From Candidatus Omnitrophota bacterium (lineage in GTDB: Bacteria > Omnitrophota > Gorgyraeia > Duberdicusellales > Duberdicusellaceae): 64,000 nucleotides of DNA. Positions 15,001-19,278 of this stretch are shown piece after piece. Every line of letters begins with the position of its first letter. The first letter of the stretch is position 1. Under the pieces are notes generated by a model. The model was not told the origin of the DNA, ran no database searches, and saw nothing but the letters and a program-made list of their open reading frames with translations. The translations under genes were made by a program, and so were the position numbers. The stretch lies in contig JAFGCB010000029.1 of the NCBI GenBank assembly GCA_016932855.1, positions 2,547-66,546 on the forward strand, written 5' to 3'.

Positions 15001-15102
15001 GTCAGCATAGGCCTTGCTTTCCGGTAGAAAGCCCAGGGGTCCTATTTGGCTAAAGATAAAGACCTCGATTAAAAGGATAATAAGAGTCTTTTTCCTATTC
15101 AT
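1..15102 (-). CDS. Giant secreted multidomain surface protein/adhesin, partial: the N-terminal >5,030 codons are in the window and the 3' end lies beyond position 1. Domains: signal peptide, Kelch-type beta-propeller repeats, 4x DUF2341-like modules, LamG/ConA-like domain, ~13 tandem Ig-like repeats, then a distinct C-terminal region.
   Basis: Start is ATG at 15102 (rc of cat at 15100-15102), preceded by AAGGAG (rc of 15111-15116) at 8 nt. N-terminus MNRKKTLIILLIEVFIFSQIGPLGFLPESKAYA is a signal peptide. Sampling the minus frame with codon first base congruent to 0 mod 3 at about 1020, 2040, 5040, 7020, 8400, 10020, 12000 and 14040 found no in-frame stops. Hand translations: YVYATRGETAVNFARYNTSANSWETL and YIYAFRGNQSPDFWKYDPSTDTW (Kelch-like blades, about 13.6 kb); SYRK...ADYSDLRF...IYMYYGN repeated 4x (DUF2341 signature, about 10.4-7.8 kb); YHIVATYDQEEGLVKIYSNG (LamG/Laminin_G_3 signature, about 6.0 kb); PNGGELWTVGDTENITWT... 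repeated with ~285-nt period (5.3-1.45 kb). All plus-strand ORFs listed in this span are short antisense artefacts. Confidence 0.8.
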   Translation of the reverse strand, partial: MNRKKTLIILLIEVFIFSQIGPLGFLPESKAYADSFVQTDWSGGTSANTASHPGDQTDWNEFSAKDDNVIATGTGQFGKALLTSDQFSIKDTVYEDYQGGTTENVQISGNPGEDASVVLQGGLEDPFVDNLGKWVSLNEVPTLDWYSDYERVVHTDSKVYIYAVWDKDILGRFSVDTQEWEFLAKMPGGTGAGASLAWPGAGPNEDYIFVTQGGSRRGFWRYSISADTWTVMANVPTYVRGGGNLTATTSKVFCTAGSSALFYEYDIGSDTWTPRENIYSNWTPTRQSTLVYPGTGNYIYLNRGYNSTNFCAYHITKQRWDFFKPPNADHGISDIFYPGTGDYIYGIQYAEYGRFSRYSISSETWEELPKLPIYSQRGFLYHPGGAGTELKYISVRNYTGGSLAFDTSTSEWNFLPHPQRTTNYRGAALAYDGTDYIYRTRGSSNNYLERYSITNNEWENLANAPFGIYHGADIAYLNGYVYATRGETAVNFARYNTSANSWETLSDTPAEVYWGGALVTVGNYIYAFRGNQSPDFWKYDPSTDTWSEVANPTIGPLTFSSQTALDDMTTGGAYTGEENLMRYRVQIDSEGTPDTFRWSDDNGSTWQATDIPITGASQDLNNGITVTFGATSGHTNSTRWNFNAFNMAPDTVYYGSCLAYPGFGDYIYAARGNSSDFWKYNISTGEWITEESPGVALKTPVPFYYSAKMKYPGSGDYLYFINGYTNNGCFVRYAFQGANEGTWEWLSQPPLVAATYCLSLEAVGNNVYLLNEDSYQLHTYTISTNEWTEKLEEYASSRFGYGSVVHAGGDTVYIFTGIFGRHAWKYSVSQDRFTGTIYTPFSMSFGTRATYPGSGDYIYLIEGSYTNHLWRYDIVNRTWTQLSNAETNEATPVLFTDGSQMSSSGDIIYLIAGHDPYYTESSWNRSVFMRYTISTDSWETSLDNPPSVEALPDAVTTSSPRGNRLRYVSSENTVFWKVGRNSNSFYAYRTDLDTWQPLTNSPYYCQNGTIYYHPDIGDGDSIYYFSGSGYFKFYRYDISEDAWYELSNPPFGHYTSPYDSDMFYPGTGDFIYLTDGYNQLFARYSISQDTWDLEVGFPYVHCHTIHYSSFCEGADGNTLYSGAYHTFYRYNLTDRTWTSLTSPWNSAPNWRWDNYGAQLIYPGQGSHLYATRGRNTSNFVRYSIPANEWDVLNTPSQPFGNGHQLVSTAQRIYALRGGNTTDFWSYNPVSGSWSTATATPAATNWGASLCYPGSGDYIYATRGNGTGAFWRYSLSSSQWEALASVPALLGGNSYMASSLVYPGAGDFIYLSQGSSYEYSCPTGTVFRYSMSQNTWEALDELCPQQFDGLSRIVYPGTGDYLYALHGDYKENISKFLVFKKGSFTSTVKEVGRNQGFDIVDWNSNVAASSFELRARTSGSESMADAQDWDDIEIRHKGDDLTLSYPAIVDGQAYIQYQLRFFADDINNLPELQDIDLNYTKYPAKQTLISSPYDTSTTANRITGLSWSETQPGGSDIRFQLRTAADEASLASASWVGPGGTQGFTHDFSLDTDYAYATSIEVASGVGRLKKLYQGFDYTQRIIFDNTSGANSYTNFVATIEIDSSNKDFWEHVKSDGSDVRFSDGQGNSLGYNIHDQGATFDYAAQYARIYIKIPFMPAGEETTIYLKYGNAAAVSESDAEVFPLYADFAGTTIDSDKFEFGGGNISQDEYLSLRNDTADGWDTYLITTEVFARENNLSFIAQFKADLGTRVMVGWHDAGSGASYTDLIYCLYFNNGELRVYEDGGNRGSVGSYTPGEWYDIKITLKNPGATYYYRLSGETEWIELYNSVYSSESPLKVGISHNDRDEMSHTDNWSIGFIDDFTGGGGTGSDIPYYFTLYEEHTTSPSLSGWEYHLDIEIDNTSGIELTNYPAKIELTPSHEGFWKRCRSDGYDIRFVDSDNITILDYTRTAFSYAAKTGTLYVEVPLIPEEQTKKIYLYYGKSDASNTSNYDNTLYKDFDETGFNVSGLLLDGVDDRAAVSSATSLDATSSITLEAQVKADIDYWPEGFSYRKKLTINNSAGPAYSYMTVEFTVPYQGEMNADYSDLRFWNAEHSQKLRYKINSSNPTEAEIWLVIPEIPANANKEIYMYYGNSSASSESDNTISEYEFNVDFSGTVIDSNKFLYGGGTVSQNEFISFNNDNTGWDCYLITKDTFNRAADKYFQFKFKTDSSATAMVGLHDSGTAAGYWDLVYCLYFTGNNIYIYEDGTSRGGVGSYTPGEWYDCKIVLKNQGAIYYYKLASSPTWIQAYDSSYSSETHLRGAVSHYSMNYQTHTDDWVILRTTISPSVNFGSQETETSTLKWLPGFSYRKIITLDNTGGSKYTNILGQFDVSFESGKMNADYSDLRFLDTDGTRLDHRITESSPTEATILVKIPVFPQNSTKKILMYYGNPNATFESESALSAYDGGIIQATGTNINVSLIGFTNPRVFASEQLPSDTYRSGGTATQNPFITNVSSSGFDLKLIESPSAGDDLIIPQNVAYLIFEEGIHTIGNMTVEVGTLEISGSGYQTVYTTTYFTSPPVVLAATQTDNNSLPMFTRVRNVGNNSFQVQIETTEDSNPTIANAETVAYAVISVETDTEAKIEAYRSGDEVDENFDRFNFSFTRNDVGVVAHMQSEDAGDPGYAIVRNTTSQDVEVAIEEPSPFDGTRGNETIGWVAFSPNTGVSFPTNFATEENQPAINDTIIGKSGAYELKFNEQGLSGLINGSNVISVLDAYQFGQLMHIAFTYDGANAKIFVDGLEKESVESIGTINTNSNNLIIGQGIKGFIDEARVWNMANSQALINEYKQRYLTGNESGLVCYLPFNENSGTDALDLTSNNNDAILENGAGWIDNPLSYTNGASSALYHMDEGGGFSSADSSGNNNHITLSGLNWDLEDLTGFPSGNSLEFDGVTSYAYRVDSPSLDTTKRISIEAWIKPSDNVSTQTLVVKGNDAAPRYNYRLLQDGNNISFIFYNGEEYNFTPSSGFISAGNTYHIVATYDQEEGLVKIYSNGQLRYSSECTVNMLPNDDNLQIGKEISGAFAYYGLIDDVRIYRRALSPEEILHHYQHRSHYVNAPLELNIYEVEGTQDIAAYAVNNPVIQPVFGVFYENSRIADFQEIANIPHNTGIKYQISADGYRWYWWDGDSWEEVELGYDNANLAATVNSNISSFQDLYPSGDFYYRVYLHTEPGTFMTPSLDNIMVTLLTGETFYIDPSGSISINSLHSDASSDRWVQYKAILYSDGEETPLLDDITIEYIEARIDITYPNGGEDLNVGQDVEVTWTSQGIDGATGLVKIEYSADGGSIYQTVEENVDDDGSYTWEIPDDPAQNALIKISSEDFPTVSDTSNDTFRILSLEVTSPNGGEIWEEGKTHNILWSAPGSIPGNVVKIDFSTDGGGNWTSIVNPTPNDSEHPWGIPSDTESETVLVQISNSNNPEITDTSDAVFHIVPTPEITITSPQGGEEWTLGTEHAISWEANQLQFSDEVILEYSKDNFASDVHTIAQVSIGTPQGANPNDDIVGSHPWNLPDDPSATVRVRIREVDIPVGRDTQFTVSKISEEFSIMEPSIAITSPVSSTETIWVVGDTNDITWETEGNVSDNLYIEYSTDDGQNWNEIATGEDNDATYSWNIPAQASENNVLVKISDLDRPSVSDTKTVKILSEPEITVTYPNGGETFTIGTFETITWISYGNILESGGADYNKINIYYSDDNGQNWVLAAYNIANSKSHSWEVADAETTQALIKVEDENNTSYSDTSDAIFSISIPTITIEFPNGGEAFYATGSYDITWSTVGAVSDNLTLQYSTNGGGSWTDIDAGVDDTGSYTWLSVTDSITSNALIRMIDADRPSVIDVSDAPFSIIEPTITVTTPNGGEEWAEGTVHEVSWTSMGYDFGAIRDNLTLQYSSNGGSNWTDISTGEANDGYYTWTIPGAISTDCYVQIFDATRQATQDETDEAFSITLPFVEVLKPNGGESWIIGTTHQIEWRTVGAVSDDLQIEYSKDNFSTSDIIFDGVIAQPNYEWTIPDDFSATVKVRITDNTESLITDDSDAVFSIVNPVLTVTAPNGGELWTVGDTENITWTNTGSVGDDLLIEYSKDNFASNIITIAANLTPNNGNHPWQLPIDPTATARVRITDNTRPAVWDKSNAGFTILPIPQLQILTPNGSEVWRVGSEEDITWSDNGGLVSNNLTLEYSTNAGSDWTEIATGVSNGGLYAWGIPDQVSASCLVRITDASRPSNTDESDDIFQIADPLITITSPDSSTVWAVDDRASIIWTTEGTVSDNLVLQYSPDGGANYYTAISADTGLEAIGVPNSGSFNWLVADYITSNAKFKIIDGNRPATVGLSSGVFKIIAIPRFVITSPAGGESYVLENTLNITWTCEGLDISDNLLIESSNNNFVSSQVIISGEANDGNYSWSIPQNSLTGSTMKVRITDGSRTEVTGASPGYFTIKGGFELITPNGAEIWVAKSAHTVTWQTRGNIDSAKLEYTLDDGLNWNLISASVDANLNSYTWTLPDIVSDTVKLRISNAVDFNASIPDTSENDFRIVYVPVHFKVLDFDTMSHLDDLEVTEPATSWHDTGLISPDNLIREIPGYAYATYTTFFSKTNYIDNSVTWSPPKEYVGIITPYVITCYLENTASAQVSWEAILTYSFAPATDTLAAVGSLQRKGKLVGTRPEERESMGAATLTIYEPDGETVRNTLTAFQPNDSGFYTFTLANTTFAAGYVYPATLSIFYRDQSYTSSANIDVGSEILQYEFFTQTATKLASSVEQIKDAVAIGLGQTKQDIENDIASSAASIKSHTSSILSTVEESLTQTVEEAKDVAETAMKSEILNRENTVKSGEELVIRYRTYSGLVPSIDLYDAENAQQIVKGTMAEIGTTGIYEYLVKFDTKWGRGDFTIVCSEAIKGTLDALIMTVISSDIDSIAGQVASIMGTTSSLDDFKGVAETMTAQFAVVESALASISRDIVNQVTSAVESTTNLDSVYSQLVNMSKDIRSIGATQDINLEKLYEVN
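1450..5300 (-). repeat. Coding tandem array of ~13 Ig-like/Kre9-KNH-like domains (~95 aa, ~285 nt each) inside the giant gene.
   Basis: Repeated translations such as ITYPNGGEDLNVGQDVEVTWT, VTAPNGGELWTVGDTENITWT and ELITPNGAEIWVAKSAHTVTWQT. Antisense plus-strand ORFs occur with 285-288-nt spacing (2414, 2702, 2987). Confidence 0.7.
7780..10480 (-). repeat. Four diverged tandem DUF2341-like modules (internal duplication of a ~450-900-nt coding unit) inside the giant gene.
   Basis: Nucleotide-level similarity between 8290-8460 and 9650-9850 (gtcataccattc(a/t)ccgggagtataa...). YYGN-type motifs (rc atgtattacgg / atgtactacgg) sit at about 7821, 8718, 9165 and 10097, each preceded by ADYSDLRF(L/W). 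Confidence 0.65.
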
Positions 15103-15107
15103 CTTGA

Positions 15108-15146
15108 CCGCTCCTTTTTATTTACCGCTGCTGTTACCGGCAGCGG
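15108..15146 (-). promoter_or_regulatory. 5' leader of the giant gene: a 7-bp stem hairpin (ccgctgc-tgttaccg-gcagcgg) 20 nt upstream of the AAGGAG RBS.
   Basis: Perfect inverted repeat at 15125-15131 / 15140-15146. RBS is the rc of 15111-15116. Confidence 0.4.
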
Positions 15147-15234
15147 CAAGAATATAAATCCTTTATTACTTAAAAGATATACCTTAATAAGTTCCCAAAG
15201 TCTCTCGTTCTGTAATAAAACGTTAATAATTTTT

Positions 15235-15267
15235 GCGTACTGCTTACCGCGTACTGCGTACTGAGAG
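15235..15267. repeat. Three direct GCGTACTG repeats immediately 3' of the HUH-domain gene.
   Basis: gcgtactgcttaccgcgtactgcgtactg lies 5-37 nt after the stop at 15272-15274. Confidence 0.5.
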
Positions 15268-15271
15268 TATT

Positions 15272-16252
15272 TCATTTGCCTAATTTGCCCTCCAGTTCCT
15301 TTACTTTCTGTTTTTCCGCTTCCAGCCTTTTGGACATAGCCTCATATGAGACCATATTAGCCCGGTATAATTCGTCCAAGCCCCGCTTTATTCTTTCTTT
15401 TTCGGTTGTTAATTTTTTACTGTATTCTTTTTCCTGTTTTTGAGAAAGGTCGGTAAACTCGCCTTTTAAGTGGCGGTTTGTCCCCATAAGGGCTATATTT
15501 ACCAGGCCCAGTATTGCAATAGCCAGAGTCCCGGCCAGCACGAACTTTTTATTTACTTCCGGAGAAAGTAACTGGGGCTTTTGTTTAGACTCGGCTATTT
15601 TTCTTTTTATCTTGTCTTTAAAAGCATCGCTTCCCAGCAGCCTGGCGCTCTTTATTTTCTTGACCAGATTATCGAACTCTTTCTGAGGAGGGTTTTCAAA
15701 GAATTGCTTGTAGTCTTGAGCCGGTGAAATTTCGCTAAGAGCAATTTCTACTTCCTTAATTTCCTCGTTTATGTCAGGTTCATTAAAGCCTTCGTTTTCA
15801 AGGCTTTCATCCTTTAAGTATAGGGGAAGGCTTGTGTATTTGTAGTCTTTCGCCTCAGAGCTTAAGCCCAGGTGATAGGGGTTGCGGTGAATATAGGCAG
15901 TCATATAGGCCAAGTAAGATTTCTTCTCTACCAGAACCATCCGGAAGCGTTCCTGCAGGAGGTGGCCGCCTCTGTTATAGCGGCTGTTAAAGTATTTGAT
16001 GTAGGTGTTGTTTATATCGTGCATAATATCGGATATAGTTACCCCGCTGGTTAGCTCGATTAAAAGGTGAAGGTGGTTGCAGAGAAGGCTAAAGGAAAAC
16101 AATTTAAACCCGTATTGCTCCTTATATTTTTTCAAGAGCCCGATATAGGTTTTAAAGTCTTCTTTGTCCTTAAAGATAGTCTGGTTATTGTCTCCCCGGG
16201 TTGTTATGTAATAGAGTTCTTCTTCAACATGAATACGCGGCAGTCTAGGCAT
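15272..16252 (-). CDS. IS200/IS605-TnpA- or RAYT-like HUH-Y1 domain protein (N-terminal ~165 aa) fused to a linker, a TM helix and a C-terminal coiled coil.
   Basis: RIHVEEELYYITTRG...LLCNHLHLLIE (HxH motif)...AYIHRNPYH (catalytic Tyr motif) matches the Y1 transposase / COG1943 fold. TM helix is FVLAGTLAIAILGLVNIALMG. The tail KERIKRGLDELYRANMVSYEAMSKRLEAEKQKVKELE is paralogous to the tail of the 16745..17137 product. Start revised to ATG 16252 with GGAGGA just upstream. The ORF-track TTG start at 16312 overlaps an intrinsic terminator. Confidence 0.7.
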   Translation of the reverse strand: MPRLPRIHVEEELYYITTRGDNNQTIFKDKEDFKTYIGLLKKYKEQYGFKLFSFSLLCNHLHLLIELTSGVTISDIMHDINNTYIKYFNSRYNRGGHLLQERFRMVLVEKKSYLAYMTAYIHRNPYHLGLSSEAKDYKYTSLPLYLKDESLENEGFNEPDINEEIKEVEIALSEISPAQDYKQFFENPPQKEFDNLVKKIKSARLLGSDAFKDKIKRKIAESKQKPQLLSPEVNKKFVLAGTLAIAILGLVNIALMGTNRHLKGEFTDLSQKQEKEYSKKLTTEKERIKRGLDELYRANMVSYEAMSKRLEAEKQKVKELEGKLGK

Positions 16253-16310
16253 ACTTCCTCCTTGGCTTGGCCTCGCAGCAGGAGCGTGCGTGGCACTTTT
16301 TGGAATTTTC

Positions 16311-16341
16311 AAAAAAAAATCCCAGGATGCTGTTTCCTGGG
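16311..16341 (-). terminator. Rho-independent terminator on the minus strand (7-bp stem CCCAGGA/TCCTGGG followed by T9).
   Basis: Minus-strand reading is tttatttCCCAGGAaacagcaTCCTGGGattttttttt. It lies between the 16745..17137 gene and the HUH gene start. Confidence 0.6.
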
Positions 16342-16657
16342 AAATAAATACATTTTAGAATTTTCGGTAGCTTGACCATCCTTATCCTTTCAAGGACTCA
16401 CAGCTTTGCGCCCCCCGGTTACCCGGGGTTTGCCCTTTCGAATCCTACCTTTTTGTCACAATTAAAGTCTACACTTATTACTTTTATATTTCAAGGGTGC
16501 GTGGCACTTTCTATCAAATCAACCTATTTAAAAAGTATTATAAATAAAGAACTTTTGGGTGGGTCTAAAAAAAAAGGCGAAAAAAGCGGCAAAAAAACAA
16601 AAAATATTCTCAAAACCGGCTTTTTGTAGATTCCAAGGTAAATGCTTTAAACAAACC

Positions 16658-16727
16658 TACGAATTTACTAATCTTTACGAATATACGAATGGGCTATTCG
16701 TAAAAAATTCGTAATGCAGATTCGTAA
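16658..16727. promoter_or_regulatory. Nested inverted-repeat array: TACGAAT x3 followed by ATTCGTAA x3.
   Basis: cctacgaatttactaatctttacgaatatacgaatgggctattcgtaaaaaattcgtaatgcagattcgtaatg, with core TACGAATgggctATTCGTA. Lies 18-87 nt 3' of the 16745..17137 stop and ~400 nt 5' of the HUH gene start. Confidence 0.55.
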
Positions 16728-16744
16728 TGATTAGTAGCTGGGGT

Positions 16745-17137
16745 CTAGGATCCGTTATTCAGTTCTTCCTGGAGTTCTTGTTTTCTCTTCTTTTCCTGCT
16801 CAAGCCGGTCAGCCATGCTTTCATAGGAGCGCATGCTTTCGTTGTACACGGCTTCGAGCCCTTCTTTTATTATTTCTTTTTCCCGGTAAAGTCTTTTATT
16901 GAATGCCTCTTTTTTAATTTCCGAGAGGCTGTTAATGGATTTTTTTAAGGAGAGGTTGCTTAAGATAAGATATACGGTAAGTGCGGCAAGCAAAACAACC
17001 CCTATTAATAAGCCGATGATTTTTGACAAGATTTTTTTAGTTTTATTTTCCAGCCGTTGATAGAAGCGGCTAGAATTTATCAATTGGTTTATAGCTGTAG
17101 TAGAGAAGCTCTGAGTCGTCTTTTGTTTCAAAGACAT
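16745..17137 (-). CDS. Small bitopic membrane protein with a C-terminal coiled coil, paralogous to the tail of the HUH fusion protein.
   Basis: TM helix IIGLLIGVVLLAALTVYLIL. KEIIKEGLEAVYNESMRSYESMADRLEQEKKRKQELQEEL aligns with the HUH protein's C-terminus. Confidence 0.6.
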   Translation of the reverse strand: MSLKQKTTQSFSTTAINQLINSSRFYQRLENKTKKILSKIIGLLIGVVLLAALTVYLILSNLSLKKSINSLSEIKKEAFNKRLYREKEIIKEGLEAVYNESMRSYESMADRLEQEKKRKQELQEELNNGS

Positions 17138-17250
17138 TGAATCCTGCCGTTAAGCACTTTTTATATATTTCAAGAGTTTGGGGATTGGGCTTGAGCCTTG
17201 GAATGCTGGATTTTTCAATATTGTCTTTCTCCACTTTTTGTTTTCCTTTC

Positions 17251-17964
17251 CTAGTAAGTTAGTTCTTTTATTAAGGCTTTAACTTCGTTACTGTCTTCGG
17301 CCTGAGGCTTAAGCTCAAGGTACTTTTCGTAATGAAGCGCGGCTTTTTCAGAATTTTCCTCGTAGTCTTGATATAAAAGGCCTAAATTATAATGAGCTTC
17401 GGGATTATCAGGGTTAGCCTCAAGCGACTTTTCGTAAGCTTCAATGGCCTGGGCGTAGAATTCAGCTTCTGTATAGGCTACGCCTAGGTTGTATTGATAA
17501 AGGGCTCTTTCCTGGAGAATTTTCTGTTTTAAGTTCTTAATTTCATTTTCCAGGGATTCTTTTTCTTTTAATGCATTACCCTTTTGAACGGGGCCGGTCA
17601 GGCCAAGGCGCTCTTTGGTTTCGTATTGTCTTAACTTATCGTTTAAGGCTTTTATTTCACTGTTTTTTTTCCTAATAAGAGCTTCTTTTTCAGTAAGCTT
17701 GCTTTGAAGATTTTCTTGAGTGGTTTGAAGCTTGGTAGTAAGCCCGAGGTATGATGTTGAGTCCGCTTCAAGGCGTTCTTTTTCTTTTACCGCTTTTCCT
17801 TTTTCAAGACTAAGAAGCTCTATCTGTTGCTTGAGATTTTCGACTAAATCATTGTTTTGTGCAAGTCTTTTTTGGGAATTGGCGGCTTTTGAGGAGATAA
17901 AAATTACTATAATAAGAAGGGTAAAGGCAATGGCAGACGGGATAATAACTTTTAGCTCTTTCAT
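17251..17964 (-). CDS. Membrane-anchored coiled-coil protein with C-terminal TPR repeats (MshN/PilF-like secretin-associated TPR protein?).
   Basis: N-terminal TM helix, long heptad-rich region, then TPR-like [37 protein letters not shown]. Confidence 0.55.
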   Translation of the reverse strand: MKELKVIIPSAIAFTLLIIVIFISSKAANSQKRLAQNNDLVENLKQQIELLSLEKGKAVKEKERLEADSTSYLGLTTKLQTTQENLQSKLTEKEALIRKKNSEIKALNDKLRQYETKERLGLTGPVQKGNALKEKESLENEIKNLKQKILQERALYQYNLGVAYTEAEFYAQAIEAYEKSLEANPDNPEAHYNLGLLYQDYEENSEKAALHYEKYLELKPQAEDSNEVKALIKELTY

Positions 17965-17980
17965 TTTAAAACTTAGGGAT

Positions 17981-19276
17981 TTAATGGGAGAGCATATCTA
18001 TCAGATATTCTATTTCTTGTTTATCCTTTACGCTGTCGGTAAGCTTAAGGGATTTACGGAAATGTTTAAGAGCTTCTTTGTTGTTGTTTTGAGAATGTTG
18101 GTATAAAAGGCCGAGATTATAATGTATCTTGGAATTTTCCGGATCGGTCTCCAGGGATTTATTAAACGATTCTATTGCCAGGCCAAAGAGTTTTGCCTGG
18201 GTATAAATTGTACCCAGTTCTTCATAGAGGCGGGAGCGTTCCTTTTTAAAAGTATTCTCAAGCGCGGCGACTTTTCTTTTAAGATGTTCATTTTCTTTGA
18301 TAAGTTTTTGGCTTTCTCTCGCCAGCTTAAAAGCCTCCTTCTGTAGTTTGTTTATTTGTTTTTGTTCCTGCCCGGAAGAGGCTGGCTTGCTATCGGTTTT
18401 CCGGTTTTCTTTAATTTGCTTGTTTTTTTCTGCAAGAACTGCTTTATCCCGGGTTAAATTATCGATTTTTTCTTCGAGGATCTTTACTTGTTCCTTGTAT
18501 TGTTCAGATTCTTTAAGTTTACTTTCAAGGGCTCTTTCCCGGTCTTCAAGAGCTTTTAATTCGCCCGAAAAATCACCTTCTTGAAGGGCGCTTATAAGAG
18601 TCAGGTTTTGTTCTTCCAGGGTTTGAATTTTTTCTTTAAGGCTTGTATTTTCAGCGCCAAGGTTTTCTTTTAATCTTTTTACCGTTTCTTCATATTCTTT
18701 AAGCTTTTCTAACTGAGCCTTTGAAGATTCACCTTTATCTTCCAGCCGGGCTTTAACATTTAAGGCCTGCTTCAGCTCTTCTTTTAACTCCAGGTTTTTT
18801 TGGCTTAAGGTTTCTATGCGCTGCTGGTAAGACAGCTCTTTCTTGCTGTCCTGAGCATTTTTTTCTTTGAGGGTCTTTTCAAAAAGGCCGACCTCTTTTT
18901 TTAAGAGTTGGTTTTCTTTAGAGAACCGGGCGTGCTCTTCAATGATATTTTCCAGCTTTTTCTCTAAGGCGGCTGCCTTTTCTTCCCGGGCTTCCACCAC
19001 GGCTAATCTAGTTTCAAGAAGGCCTTGCTTTTCTTTGATAGCCTCTAATTTTTTTTCCGATTCAGCTTTGAGCAATTGAACGCTTTGCAGCTGCTGTTTT
19101 AATTCAGCGCTTTGCTGTTTTAATTTATTAATGTCGATTTCACCCAGTATTTTATCTATGGTGTCGGATAATTCTTTTGCTTCGGTTTCGGCATTTTCAG
19201 CCCAAGCTTTAGACCCCGGGTCTATAGACAAGCAAGCAGCGAATATAAATACAAAAATTAAAATTTTGTTTTTCAT
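17981..19276 (-). CDS. Secreted coiled-coil + TPR protein, paralog of 17251..17964.
   Basis: Signal peptide [26 protein letters not shown], ~330 aa of coiled coil, then C-terminal [42 protein letters not shown]. Confidence 0.55.
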   Translation of the reverse strand: MKNKILIFVFIFAACLSIDPGSKAWAENAETEAKELSDTIDKILGEIDINKLKQQSAELKQQLQSVQLLKAESEKKLEAIKEKQGLLETRLAVVEAREEKAAALEKKLENIIEEHARFSKENQLLKKEVGLFEKTLKEKNAQDSKKELSYQQRIETLSQKNLELKEELKQALNVKARLEDKGESSKAQLEKLKEYEETVKRLKENLGAENTSLKEKIQTLEEQNLTLISALQEGDFSGELKALEDRERALESKLKESEQYKEQVKILEEKIDNLTRDKAVLAEKNKQIKENRKTDSKPASSGQEQKQINKLQKEAFKLARESQKLIKENEHLKRKVAALENTFKKERSRLYEELGTIYTQAKLFGLAIESFNKSLETDPENSKIHYNLGLLYQHSQNNNKEALKHFRKSLKLTDSVKDKQEIEYLIDMLSH

Positions 19277-19278
19277 GT

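Noticed and set aside
16312-16312. ORF-track start codons that are TTG/GTG extensions (16312, 34617, 36896, 59351, 57074, 44764)
   Set aside because: Downstream ATG or GTG codons with canonical AGGAGG-type RBS and signal-peptide-consistent N-termini fit better, so the starts were revised.
16276-16515. Two copies of gtgcgtggcacttt (16282 and 16496) as REP elements flanking something
   Set aside because: The motif has only 4-bp palindromic arms and both copies are on the same side of the HUH gene. This is insufficient to call a REP pair.
15272-16745. Calling the HUH gene a canonical IS200/IS605 or RAYT mobile element
   Set aside because: The flanks carry different repeats (TACGAAT palindromes upstream, GCGTACTG direct repeats downstream) with no matching LE/RE hairpins. 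The gene is fused to a TM + coiled-coil tail and has no tnpB partner, so it is more likely domesticated.
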